Assembly: GCA_951406725.2 (NCBI GenBank) | Contig: OX597815.1 | Span: 171,802,001-171,866,000, forward strand | Direction of reading: 5' to 3' | Length of the DNA: 64,000 nucleotides | Source: Octopus vulgaris | Taxonomy: Eukaryota | Part shown: positions 1 through 12,991 of the stretch, piece by piece | Layout of the letters: each line of letters opens with the position of its first letter | Numbering within the stretch: position 1 is the stretch's first letter | Program-made: the position numbers and the translations under genes | The notes under the pieces: model-generated | The model's input: the letters and a program-made list of their open reading frames with translations, nothing else | Told to the model about the DNA's origin: nothing | Databases searched by the model: none

Positions 1-147
1 TTTTTACATGTATTACACTTTTTTTTTTGGTGGTTGGGTGTTAAAATAAACAACCTTTTTTTTCTGTTAAGCCTAGTACTTATTCTATCAGGTTCTTTTG
101 CTGAACCGCTAACTTACGGGCACGTATACATACTAGCACCAGTTGTC

Positions 148-268
148 CCAATACATAGAAATAAAATTAATTAATAAAAAATATATAAAATATAAAATTT
201 TGAATTTAAAATTCAAAATTTTATATTTTATATATTTTTTATTAATTAATTTTATTTCTATGTATTGG
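148..268. repeat. Perfect AT-rich palindrome, 60-bp arms, 1-nt centre
   Basis: 148-207 is the exact reverse complement of 209-268. Confidence 0.95.
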
Positions 269-398
269 TTTATGATTTTCACTGTTTGATTTGTCTAATA
301 GTGGTTTTATCTCTAATTTAATATATATATTTATACTATAAAATTAAATTTAATCCTAAATCTAATTTTTCCCTGTAAGTTTGGATTTACTCCCTAAT

Positions 399-414
<16 letters not shown>

Positions 415-445
<31 letters not shown>

Positions 446-3400
446 GAGTTTGTGTGTGTGTGTGTGTGTGTGTGCGCGCGCATATGTTCCTTATGCATTC
501 CAAAACCAAGTTGCTGATTTTGACATATGGGTATCAAAAGATTCAGTAGGCTTTTGGTTACCAACTAAACTATATTTTCATTCACATATTTGCATTACAA
601 AAATTTAACATTGTCATTTTCTTTTAGTCACCTATTGCAAATGACATTTTATGTCATCACCTTGTTGACAGGGATGTCACATTTTCTATATGAATGTGTT
701 CGCATATTCATTACTTAAATTAGACCAATGACCGACAAGTATATGTGTATGATGGTGTATGTATTTGTCCGTATACATATATTTATGTGACGTCCAATAC
801 ACACACAGACAGAGATAGGCTTCAGGTGTGCGTTAATCTATGTGTGTGTTAATGTATGTAATTTCTCACGTCCAACTGTGAAACATGTTGAAACAAACAA
901 CATCATTCACTTTGAAATACTACCTACATGGAGATTTGGCTGATTTAGCACCACTCACAATACTCACTAATATATCTGAAAAAAAAGGGTTATTCTCGTT
1001 ATAACAAATTCGGAAACTTGACCAAGTAGAAAGCCTCAGCTGCTCTTTCAGTATAATTACATAAATGTTATTCCACTCCTTCTAACCAGTTTCAAGGTAA
1101 TGTTTTTTTTTTAACAGTCCTTGTATTCTTCATCACTGTATCAACGTCGCACAACCTTTTTACTGCATTAGTATTTATTCTACAGCCTATAACGTTACAC
1201 AGTTAAAAAATATGTAGTTAATATCAAATTCATTTATATCTTGCTACATACATCCTTCAGCAAATATTTAAAATTAATGGTACAACAGCATCTTCCTTTC
1301 TATACACTTGTTCAGCATTCGTTTCAAAATTGTAAAAATAAATTAATTTTATATGAAAAATTGAATTATGCCTTCTGAATTTTCTTTGACTTTCAGTTTC
1401 TTCACCGTGATATTCAATTGTGAATTTTATAACATTTAGTACATGTTTCAAATAAATGTTGACTTTCTGTACTTTGTTACATTGGTGTCACATAATAACT
1501 TTTGCTAAATTGGTGACTTTCCATTTTTTTATAGCATAACTATTAGAAAATGAAAATAGTTTCACACTTTCAATTTGAGCTGAAATTACAAAGTGTTGTA
1601 TTATGAGGGTGACAATGTGTGAATAATGAAAGTAATGTTTCTCCAAATTAGTCACATCCGTATTACAATAAAGAAACCTGCTTATTATCTATCTACCAAA
1701 TAAACTATGTTTTTGACTCGGCAACTCTTTTTTACACCTAAAATAACCTTGACAACTATGTTGGGTTGCACAATTTTCAGGTCATATTCAGACAATATTT
1801 CGATTTGCTTCTAATGTTTCACTTTTGTCTGATGTTTAACACATGCGTAGAATTCTACTCAGACAAACATTTATGAAAATGTACACATGAATATTGTATT
1901 AAAATAAGCCACAACCCAAAAAATTGCATTAAAAGACATCCATTTTTCTACATGTTATGAGGAAATTTAGTCACACACACTCTCTCTCTCTCTCACTCAC
2001 AAAAAAGATATATGCATATGTATTTATGGGTGAAGGTAAAGAATATGCACTCCTGGTGTTTAGGATTGGGGTTACGCTTGAAACGGGTGGTGTACATATT
2101 CTTTACCTCCGCTATGTACATGTGTATGAAAGATAATGTGTGTGTGAGAGAGAGAGAGAGAGCAAGTGAATGCCACTTATGCATGCAAAAAAATTCATAC
2201 ATCACAACACACCTTCACTCGCTCACTCTCTCTCACACGTCCATTTCATATACACATACATCCTATACTTTCTCCTCTTACTTCAAAGCAAATGTCGCCT
2301 TTTCATTTTGACAACTTTGACAACTTTGCTTCTTCAAATGAAAGAATACCATAAAATAACTTCCTTTGGCACACATACACACACTTTAGGTAAAACTTCT
2401 GTGTGAATTTTGATATTTCTTGCAGTGTGCACGTGCAAATTTACAGCTCAAATCCAATTGAAATAATCTTTTCTATTGTGTAATTAGTGTTTACGATGAG
2501 CATATTTAAAAACCTGATCGTTGATATAAACTTAAAAGGAAGTTTTCCCAGAAATCAAGTTCTTTATCTCTTCTTTCTAGCATGTTCGAGGTGACATTTC
2601 CGTCCCCGTCCCTTATTTTTTTCCTATATTTCTCCTGATTCCTATGTTTGCGATTCAGTAGATTACCATTTCATCCACAAAATACGTTCTCGATATTTTA
2701 ATTTTTTCCCTCTCCACACCAAATTCATTGTTTACTTTTTTCAAATTTTCATTCTTGGTAATCCATGGAGAAAAAACAGAGAGGATGAATTTTTAAGAAT
2801 TTTACCCATCACCTTACCACTTTCAAAAAGCTACATACTCCCAATGTTTCACTTTCAGCTTTTGGAGAACGGGAAAGTTTCTTCAGAAATAATGCCATTT
2901 ACCTGTTGTTTCTAGCATATCAGGTTTTCTGGTGGTTGTCTAGTATTTTTTAAGTCTACTGTTTCAGTAGAATTCTACACATGCGGGAAACATCAGCAAA
3001 AAGTGAAAGATTGGGAGATTTTAGCTTTTTGAGAGCTGCTAGGTGATGGGTGGGTGCAGTGGTGGAAGGGACATTGAGTGTTTCTTTAAGAAAAATTAAA
3101 CTATAACAAATGTATGTATATATATATATGTGTGTGTGTATGTATATACATATATATATATATATATTTCCTGGATTCGTAATCTCTGTATTTTTCGACA
3201 TAGATAACAAAAAGTTCGAAAAAAAGTTACAAATTAAGAAATTGCAGTGGGGATAGGGGGAAATTTAAATATTGAAAATGTGATTTCTGGACAAAATCGT
3301 ATTAACCCTCTTTTATACGATGAAACATTACATAGTTTCTGATACTTCTTCAGAACAGAAAGCACTTTCATGCAAATTGTACCTTCACCCTTCACTGTTA

Positions 3401-3526
3401 AACAAACAATAACTTCCATTATTCCATTAACTATCAGCTGTGCCAATTCTGCCCATGAGAAAGGAGCAAATAATACAATGTGCCTGTAGGTCATAACTCC
3501 CAGGCAACGCCGGGATGCAGTGCTAG
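415..3526 (+). mobile_element. Possible degenerate non-autonomous Helitron-like element
   Basis: The 3' end has hairpin cccaggc-aac-gccggg, then CTAG (3523-3526) followed by T. The 5' end is only guessed from the (TA)n-AAAA-(TG)n start. Confidence 0.3.
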
Positions 3527-3536
3527 TGTGCGTATA

Positions 3537-3914
3537 GGTGCAGGAGTGGCTGTCTGATAAGAAGCTTACTTCCCAACACATGGTTCCGGGTTCAGTCCTA
3601 CTGCGTATCATCTTGGGCAAGTATCCTTCTACTACAACCTCGGGCTGACCAAAGCCTTGAAAGTAGATTTGATAGACCGAAAGTGAAAGAAGCCCATCAT
3701 ATATATGTATATGTTTGTGTCTGTGTTTGTCCCTCACCATCGCTTAACAACCGATGTTAGTGTGTTTACATCCCCGTAATTTTGTGGTTTGGCAAAAGAC
3801 ACCGATAGAATAAGTGCTTGCAAAAAAAGAAGTCCTGGTTTGTTCAATTTGTTCAACTAAAAGCAGTGCTCCAGCATGGCCACAGTTAAATGATTGAAAC
3901 AAATGAATAAAAGA
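3537..3914 (+). mobile_element. tRNA-derived SINE family A (internal TA/TG microsatellite), full length
   Basis: A-box tggctgtctgataag, B-box ggttcagtcc, and a body and tail (...gctccagcatggcc..gtcaaatgactgaaac) shared with about 20 copies in the window. An inverted fragment follows at 3930-4058. Confidence 0.85.
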
Positions 3915-5832
3915 ATATATACAATGAGCTGCCTTCAGTTTCCATCAACCAAATCCACCCAAAGGCTTTGGTCGGCCCGAAGCTATAATAGGTGTCATGT
4001 ATTGGACTGAACCCAGAACCATGTAGTTAGGAAGCAAGCTTCTTACTACACAACCACATCTACTATGGTGGGTGGGGGTGGGGGAAACTAACTGGTATTT
4101 TATAATGTAATCTCTTAAACTATTAAAAAATTCGGTTAAGTAGATTAACAGGAACAAAGTACAATTGAGCTTGTTAGCCAGGCATTAACAAATCTCGTTT
4201 CCTTTTCATTAATAGCAATTTTTAAAATTTTAATTTTAATCTATTACAAGGCCGAATTTCTGAGGAAACGGACCAATTGGTTGTATCGACTCCTGGCCAA
4301 AGTCAGCGAGGGTAGAATTTAAACTCAAAAGCAAAGGAACTTATTTACATATTCCAAAGCATGTTAACTGTCAGTCTAACTAATTCGCTACTTTTGACAG
4401 TTAATAGTAAGAATTTCCTATCTATCTATCTATCTTTACTTTACTTGTTTCAGTCATTTGACTGCGGCCATGCTGGAACACCGCCTTTAGTAGTGTCAAT
4501 AAATCAACCGTAACATCCATAATAGATTAACAGAACACAAGATTCTTTACTCCTCAATGTACATATTGTCTGAATTCTAACAAAAGGCAAAGCATTTACT
4601 TCAAGAAATGTGTAGAAACATGAAAATGATAGAATTATGTTTGAATGACTAGCCTTTGGCAGCATAATTCTGTTAGACCTTCAATGGTCAAGGAAAGTTC
4701 AAAAGGTCAACTTAAAGGTTTTTACAAGATAAAAAAAACGAATGGGATTATAAAAAAATTTCAAATGATTTGGCTATTATTTCTAGCATGTGGAGATACC
4801 TTCTAGGCTTAACTTCATGTGCTTGTTGAAAATCATTTAAAAAAAATTCTGGGATCGTTACATTTGACTAAAAATTCTTTAAGGTGGTGCCCCAGCATGG
4901 CCACAGTCTATAATGACTGCAGCAAAGGAAAAGGAAAAAAATTCTGGGGTCAATAGATTCAACTAAAAGTTCTTCAAGGTGGTGCCCCAGCATGGCCTCA
5001 GTCTAATGACTGAAACAAGTAAAAGATGAAAACAACAAAAAAAAATCAAAAAATATAACCATAGAGCTTTTGTCCACTTCCACACTTAAACTAGGGGGCT
5101 TTTGTTTACACTAATTTCATTCATAAAACCCCACAGGTAACAGATTACGTATGATTGATTCAAAGTATAATAAATATACCTTTTCCATCATTAATTGTTA
5201 AATAACAAGAAGGTTTACATTCTGGGGTTTATGTTTAGCTAAGACTGAAAGAAAAGGCAATGAAAAAAAATAAACATTTTTTTGTTAATAAATTCAAATA
5301 ATTTCCATTTTTTGATTAATACCTGATACAGTCAGTCTATTTACGTAATACTTAGTTTTAATGCTTAGATTTTTAACAATTTCAAAGGCTTAACCTTTTA
5401 TATCATTCATAGGATAAACTATGGAGCAAAATTGATGATATAATCTCTTAGAAACACAAGATTTATATTTTGTATTATTCTTAAGACTACTATATTTATT
5501 CATAAGATTTGGAAATAAATACTTTAAATCGCGATATTTATATGTATCATCATTACCATCATTATCGCTTTGATGTCCACTTTTCCATGCTTACATGAGT
5601 CAGACAGAATTTGTTGAGGTCCATTTTCTACATCTGGAAGCCTTTCCTGTCGCCAAACCTCACCTGTTTTCATGTAAGGTAATATTTCCCTATGACTAGA
5701 CATAGAAGATTGAAACAAAGGATACTGCTTGCATTATAGGGATACAAGTTTACAATTGTTAGGTGATATCAGGGCAAGGATACAGTAACACAAACATACC
5801 CACACATACACGTACACACAGACACACACACG

Positions 5833-5864
<32 letters not shown>

Positions 5865-8237
5865 ATTGGTTTCGTTCAGTTTCCATCTGCCAAATTCACT
5901 CACAAGGCCTTGGTCATCTTGAGTCTATAGTAGAAGTCACTCACCCAAGGTGTCACACATTGGGACTGAACCCAAAATTATGTGGTTGGGAAGTAAATTT
6001 CTTACTACACAGTCACACATACATATATAAAGGTGGAAACAGGAAATATAGAACACAAGATATAAATATCTGTATATTTTTATTAATATAAGTACCAACG
6101 CACAAAGCTCTCAGACCTTGAATCACTCTGTTACTTATGTTAAATATTAATAAATAAATGGATGGATGGATATACATACATACAAACATATATGTATATA
6201 ATTACATTAAGTTTGAAAATAGAGAGATCCAATGGATACAAATTAATTTATTAATTAATTAACATCTCCTACAATTGTTTCATTCCGCATCCAATTTAAA
6301 CTACAAAGCGTAGATAAAGCATATTCATCTCCATTTGGGGGATATATATATATATATATATATATATGAAGAGAGAGGGAGGTAATGATGATGATGAATT
6401 CTCACATTGATATTGATGTATGTGAATCCAGTTGTTTGATTAACCAGACAACATACTCATTGAATAAGTGTGTAGAATGGTTGAGTATTCCATAGAAATT
6501 CTCAAGTAGGATCAGTGTGACAAGGCTGGACCACTGATTTGCAGGTAGACCCCATCCAATGCATTTCTGTTCTTCCCAGTGGTGTTTGAGACATCATAAA
6601 GTCAAAATAAGTGAAACACTTTGAAAAAAATCAAAGCTGAACAGTAAAACTTCATATTTAAGTGGTTCTGATTATTTTTATTCTATTTTATTTATTTATT
6701 TATTTATTTATTTATTGCTATTAATGTTCCTAATAACAGCAAACATTAAAATTAGCTATGGAACAATCTGACAAAAATAATTACATTGCCAAGACAAAAG
6801 AAGCTAAAAATTATCCATTGTTCTTAACTTGAAACTCATTATCTGGTGTAAAGCTTTTATATAGAGGAATCTGTGGAATTTTCAAAATGGTTAAGCTTAA
6901 GTAATGTTGCCTTGGCCAAGAATAGTAACTGCTAAATTGCTGTGATAACAAGGATTATCTCTTGTAGTAAATGTGACACTGATATAAATTAGAGGATAAT
7001 GAATTCAAGCTAGAGAACTAAATGGTATAATTTGGTTATATGATAATATAGTAAATGATACTAAAAGCACTATATGAGAAATTATAAAAGAGTGGGAAAA
7101 AAATGGATTTTTTTTTTTGTTTTTCTGTTTATGATAAAAGTCAAATGATTGCTCATATTTTGTACTGGGAAGGTGAAATGTATGAAGTGTTTTGTATCTG
7201 GACATTTGAGAGCAGATAAATGGATCTAAGCTTATTTGAGTTTACTTTTCATTTGAATATAGAATATGATGAATATTCTTGATGAATAAAGAATATGAAG
7301 AGAACAAAGGAAATCTTAATCCTTTATCTGTGAAATTAAATTTCACGGTTATTCCAGTAATGATGTTCAAAAATAGAAATGGTATTTTCTGCAAGTCATA
7401 TTGCCTCAGTAAACCTGACATATTATCATCGTCATCATTCAACGCCTGTCTTTCATGCTGGTATAAATTGGAATTTTAATAGAAAATAGTTTCAAACATG
7501 ACATTCCTTAACCAAAGATAGATTGGTGTATAAAACAGTTAAGGGTAATGAAATTTTGAAATTTTGAAATTTTGAATGGATATATCTGATTTATGCTGTA
7601 AAAGAGCTAACCCAATAGAATAAACAGAAGGGCCAAATATATATAATATAAATAATATATATATGCACATGCACCAACAGTAAACAACATGAAATACGAA
7701 AACAAATGAGTTCAATACACAAACAATGAGAAAAACAAATGGAAAACAGGACAAGTAACATAAAGAACAGCCCTTCATCAGTTGTCTGCTGTTTATCTAC
7801 TTTTCATTTCAAGCATTGAACGACAATATGAGTCATTGAAGCAAAGTAGAGTTTGAGTTCTAAGCTCTTAGATATATTTTGCATACATTTTTCCATGCTA
7901 ATATGGGTTTGATGAATATTTTGAGGCATTGTTTTAGAGTGGGTGTCCTTCTTGTCACAAATCTTCAACTACTTTTCAAGTAAAGAATCTCTTATCGCTT
8001 CTCAAAATACATTTCTAAAACCAAAATATACTGTTCATTATTAGCTTCATAGTTACTCTTAAGCTTAAGTAGAAGTTGAAATAATATTCCCTATTACTCT
8101 GCTCTATTGCAAGGATTATCCAGAGGAAATTAAGAAAATCTACAACTTCACTTAGCCGTTTGTTGTTAAACTTTTGGTTTTATTACAGATTGGAAATATC
8201 AAATGATGTTTGTTGAGTTAATATCTGACAAAGTGAA

Positions 8238-8419
8238 AGCAGTGAGTTGGCAGAATCATTAGTGTGCTGAGTAAAATTCTTTGTGGCATTTCATCTGTCT
8301 TTGTGCTCTGAATTCACAGCCTGCCAAAGTTGACTTTGCCTTTCATCCTTTTAGGGTCGATGTAATTGACTTAACCCCTCCCCTGAACTTGCTGGCTTTG
8401 TGCCAAAATATGAAACCAA
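8238..8419 (+). mobile_element. tRNA-derived SINE family B (gtgagctggcagaatc head; gactttgcctttcatccttt.ggggtcgat core)
   Basis: Family consensus; flanked by near-duplicate atatctgacaa/atatctaacaa; absent from the paralogous site near 11235-11245. Confidence 0.85.
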
Positions 8420-8525
8420 TATCTAACAATGTAGGTGTTCAAATCAGTTATTTTCAGACTTGTGGATATAACTCATGGAAAAGATGAAGACAATCGAGAC
8501 ATAGGATTTATTGATTTTGAAGTTA

Positions 8526-9045
8526 TCATAAATCCTCAAGTATAGTCCACCCTTGAGTATGATAAGCAGGGGATTTTTAGTGGGATGTATCTCTGAAAAG
8601 CCTTAACCTTGTGTATAATATGCACCCCTTCTCTAACTTGAGTTGTGCGTAATTAAGCCAGCAACACCTGGTCGAACAAACACTTCCGTGCATATGTAAT
8701 ACAATAATGGTAATGTTCTTAATTGTTGTATGAGAATGTAAATATGTTTGCAAATTGTTTTTGTTACGTGTTATTCTGTGTTCTGAATACTTTTATTTTA
8801 ATAAATGTTGCTTACTGCAAGTTATGGATGATTCTTTTATGACTTCATTGCTTTCAGGCTTAGCCTAAGGTATTTTCGTACCCGACATCACAAAATGCTT
8901 CTGAATAAACATTGCTGGACAGCAAATAGAGATTCAGACATTGCTTAGAAAATGTTTTTCCATTTTTAACCTCGTATATAGTACACACTAGGGATTTTGA
9001 CATTTAAATAGGAAAAAAATGTGGATTATACTCGAGGATTTATGG
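8526..9045. mobile_element. Non-autonomous Tc1/mariner-superfamily MITE with TA TSD
   Basis: TIRs tcataaatcctcaagtatagtccac / gtggattatactcgaggatttatgg, TA on both sides, absent from the duplicate copy near 11680. Confidence 0.8.
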
Positions 9046-9334
9046 TAATTAGTAAATAAATTTTTTTGATGCAGAACAAGAATTAATTTAAAATAGAAGT
9101 GTTTTTCTTCTATTCCATTTTTTGAATGCTCTTCAAAAACTAACGTATGTAAGGAGATACTTTGATTTATGCAATGTTATTACCATTCACTGTGTTTTTT
9201 CATGGAGAAAATTTCTCACTGTAGACAAATGGTGTAAATACACCTAAATCAGCATACAGCACCAACTATTCAGACTTATTGATTTATGTCTAATGTTTAT
9301 ATCTACAGTTCTATGATATATAAATACAAGGAAA

Positions 9335-9485
9335 ATGAATTGCTTGAAAAAAAGTGAAGACAGTCAGACTTATTCAAAAAAGGTGCATCCGGTAGAAACC
9401 AAACCAACCAGTGAGTTGAAGGCACCTGATGGTGGTTGGGGCTGGTTTATAGTTCTTGCCAGTGCCCTTACACATGCCATAATTG
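9335..9485 (+). CDS. MCT coding exon 1 (MNCLKK...[21 protein letters not shown])
   Basis: ATG in gaaaATG context, PDGGWGW motif, donor gtaagt at 9486 (phase 1). A likely acceptor tacag ends at 9308, implying an upstream 5'UTR exon that I did not locate. Confidence 0.92.
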
Positions 9486-12400
9486 GTAAGTATCAATTTA
9501 AAATGTGATCCTTCTAATTTATGTAATGTTATCATAGTTGCTTTGTAAGACTGAAGTTTGCAATTTCATGTGTGTGCCTGCATGAATGGATGCACATGTA
9601 TAATATTTGTAATTTTTCACTGTGAGCAAATTAAAGAGTATTCAATACATATAATAGAATTACGACCTTTTATATTTATTAATAGAGTTGATTGTTATTA
9701 AACCATCAGTGCCAACTGAGCAGTCTTCACATGGAATTTTGATAAAGAAAGCTTTTCTCAAATAATAACAAGCTCAACATTGACATTTAGCATAATTAAC
9801 AAAATGCGTACGTTTACTTCCACTAGGTGAGTCAAACTTTGGGCTCGTGGCCATAATTCTCAACATAGGACTATTTTTATGGTTATATTTTCGTAACCTT
9901 TCTATTTCTACAGTGATGTATCAAAATACTATTTCAAGATAATATAGCCATCTGTGTATCATATTCAATGTATATACATCATTGATTGGCCAGTTGCTGC
10001 CTTGTTCATCCTGTAAAATGCCAGTGCCACCTTGACTGGCTTTTGTGCCGGTGGCACGTAAAAAACACCAACCGATCGTGGCCGCTGCCAGCCTCCCCTG
10101 GCACCTGTGCTGGTGGCACGTAAAAAGCACCCACTACACTCATGGAGTTGTTGGCGTTAGGAAGGGCATCCAGCTGTAGTAACACTGCCAGATCAGACTT
10201 GAGCCTGGTGTAGCCTCCTGGCTTCCTGGTCGAACCATCCAACCCATGCTAGCAGGGAAAACGGACGTTAAACGATGATGATGATGATGGTGGTGATGTA
10301 TTGTGTTCAAATCGCAATATCAGAATGAGACAAAAATTACCTCAGCAGCAGCCTAAGTAACATAAAAAGATGGCTATTTTAATTTAATACTACCTCACTT
10401 GCATATACCAGATCAAGATAATATATTTTAAAGCAGTATGTAATTGGTAATATCTGATTCCATTTACATAGGTTATTGTGATCTTGAGGCTTGAACATTC
10501 AATCCATGTGCATTTTCCATAAATGATAATATGGAGATGTTAACATTGTGCATACAAACTACTAACTTCTAAAGGAAAAATGAAATACACCAACAAGTTG
10601 ATGGGAAGGTTATGGGTTCACCATTATCATCAATAATAGCTAATGTCTATACAGAGCACTTAAAAGATTTTGCTTTAGAAAGCACAGCACTGAAACCTGT
10701 GCTTGATTAATATGCATGGATGATGCTTTTCTTCTTTGGTAACAGCAAGATATCCAAGTTGTTGTAGAACAGATTCTTATTAAATAATTCCATGTAGTTC
10801 ACTCTTGAGAGATAATACAATATCCTATTGCCATTATTTGATTCACTAGTATAAAGAACAGAAGCAATTATCAGATTATTATTGCGTAAAAAAACCAACA
10901 TCTCTAGACGCTTATTATTAGTTTAGTTATTCATACAGCTTTAAGAAAGTTATTGTCAAATGCCTAGGACATTAAACAAAGCTGATTTTCACCATTTTAC
11001 AAGTCATTTTACAAAGAAGAAATAGCATCTCGAAATACATTTCTAAAACCAGTGTATACTGCTCATTATAAGCTCCACAGTGACTCTTAAGCTAAAGTAG
11101 ATGTTAAAACAATATTCCTTCATTACAAGGGCCTGCTAGAGGTAATTAAGAAAATCTACAACTTCAGTTAGCAGTTTGTATTTTAACTTTTTGTTTTATT
11201 ACAGGTTAGAATTGTCAAGAGATGCTTGTTGAATTATCTGACAATGTAGGTGTTCAAAACAGTTATATTTCAGACTTTGCGTGGCACCTTGGGCAAATGT
11301 CTTCTACTATAGCTTCGGGCCGACCAAAGCCTTGTGAGTGGATTTGGGAGACGGAAACTGAAAGAAGCCCGTCATATATATGTATATATATGTATGTGCA
11401 TGTATGTTTGTGTTTCTGTGTTTGTCCCCTTAGCATTGCTTGACAACCGATGCTGGTGTGTTTATGTCCCCATAACTTAGCGGTTCGGCAAAAGAGACCG
11501 ATAGAATAAGTACTGGGCTTACAAAGAATAAGTCCCGGGGTCGAGTTGCTCGACTAAAGGCAGTGCTCCAGCATGGCCGCAGTCAAATGACTGAAACAAG
11601 TAAAAGAGTAAAAGAGTAAATATAGCTAATGGAAGAGAGGAAGACAGATACAGACATACAGTTTATTGATTTTGAAATTAAATAGTAAATAAATTTGTTT
11701 CATGCTGAGCAATAAAAATTAGTTTAACCCTTTAGGATTTAAACCAGCCATACCCAGCCAAGATAATCTACCTTTTTTTATGTTCAAATTGGCCAGATTC
11801 AGCCTCTCACACCTACCTTACAATGTCATTCTAAAAATAAATAATCACATCATTGAAATCTCAAAGCTACGAGATAATGCTTGATTATTTTAAAACAATG
11901 TGAATAAATAAGCATTACATTTGACAGAATAATCTGAGTGCTAAGTGGTTAAAGTAGAAAGGTTGGTTTTCTTTTATTCAATTTTTTTAATGCTCTTCAA
12001 AAATTAGATAATTTAAGGAGATGATATATAAAAAAAGTGTTTTTAAATGAAATGGCATAGCAAAATTGTTTGTGAATAACATATCTAAACTAAACATCTT
12101 CAGAAATGTGGTGTCACAACTACTTACTTTATTTTAAAAACAATATTTCTCTGTGTAAAGTAACCAGTACTGTATTTAGTTGACATTGAATATCAATTCT
12201 ACATATCCACAAATGCAATAATAATACAGCTGTCACTGCTTTCTCTTTGAAAAGGTGGTCAAGAACGGTCTGGTGGTATTTTATATTTGGAGTTACTACG
12301 TAAGTTTAACAAAAGTTCAACAGAAACTGCCTGGGTAACCTCCTTATCTGGTGCGCTCCGGTTACTCTGTGGTATGTATTGTAATCTCTTATGCTGTCAT

Positions 12401-12934
12401 TATATTACATTTTTTAATATAAGGTTACATTTAGTTGTTCATTCAACATTAAATACAACATATTCATCACATTTAACTAAAAAGAAAAATGAATAAACAT
12501 TTATTCAATACAATCAGCTGCACAATTCACATCATCATCATCATCATCATTATTATTACTAGCTGACCCTGTGCTGTCAAAAATGACAGCTAATTGTAGT
12601 ATTTTATATATAATAAAGTATAAAATAAGGTACATAATAATCACAGATCCCTTGTACATGCACACACATACACACATATATTCAAAGAGAGTTGAAATGC
12701 TGTTTGATTTTTCTTTTTAGCATTGAATGTTTACCATCCCATTTCCATTGCACACACACACAAACATTCACATACCTCCCTTTTACATACACACACAGAA
12801 TTGGAACGATGATTTTTTTTCACTCTGACCTTCCTTATTCATCTATCACCCCTTCCAGTGTGCTAATGATTCTGTCAGCTTGCCACTTTAATCTCCTAAT
12901 ATAATAATGGGCATAGCTTTTTTTTTTATATATT

Positions 12935-12991
<57 letters not shown>

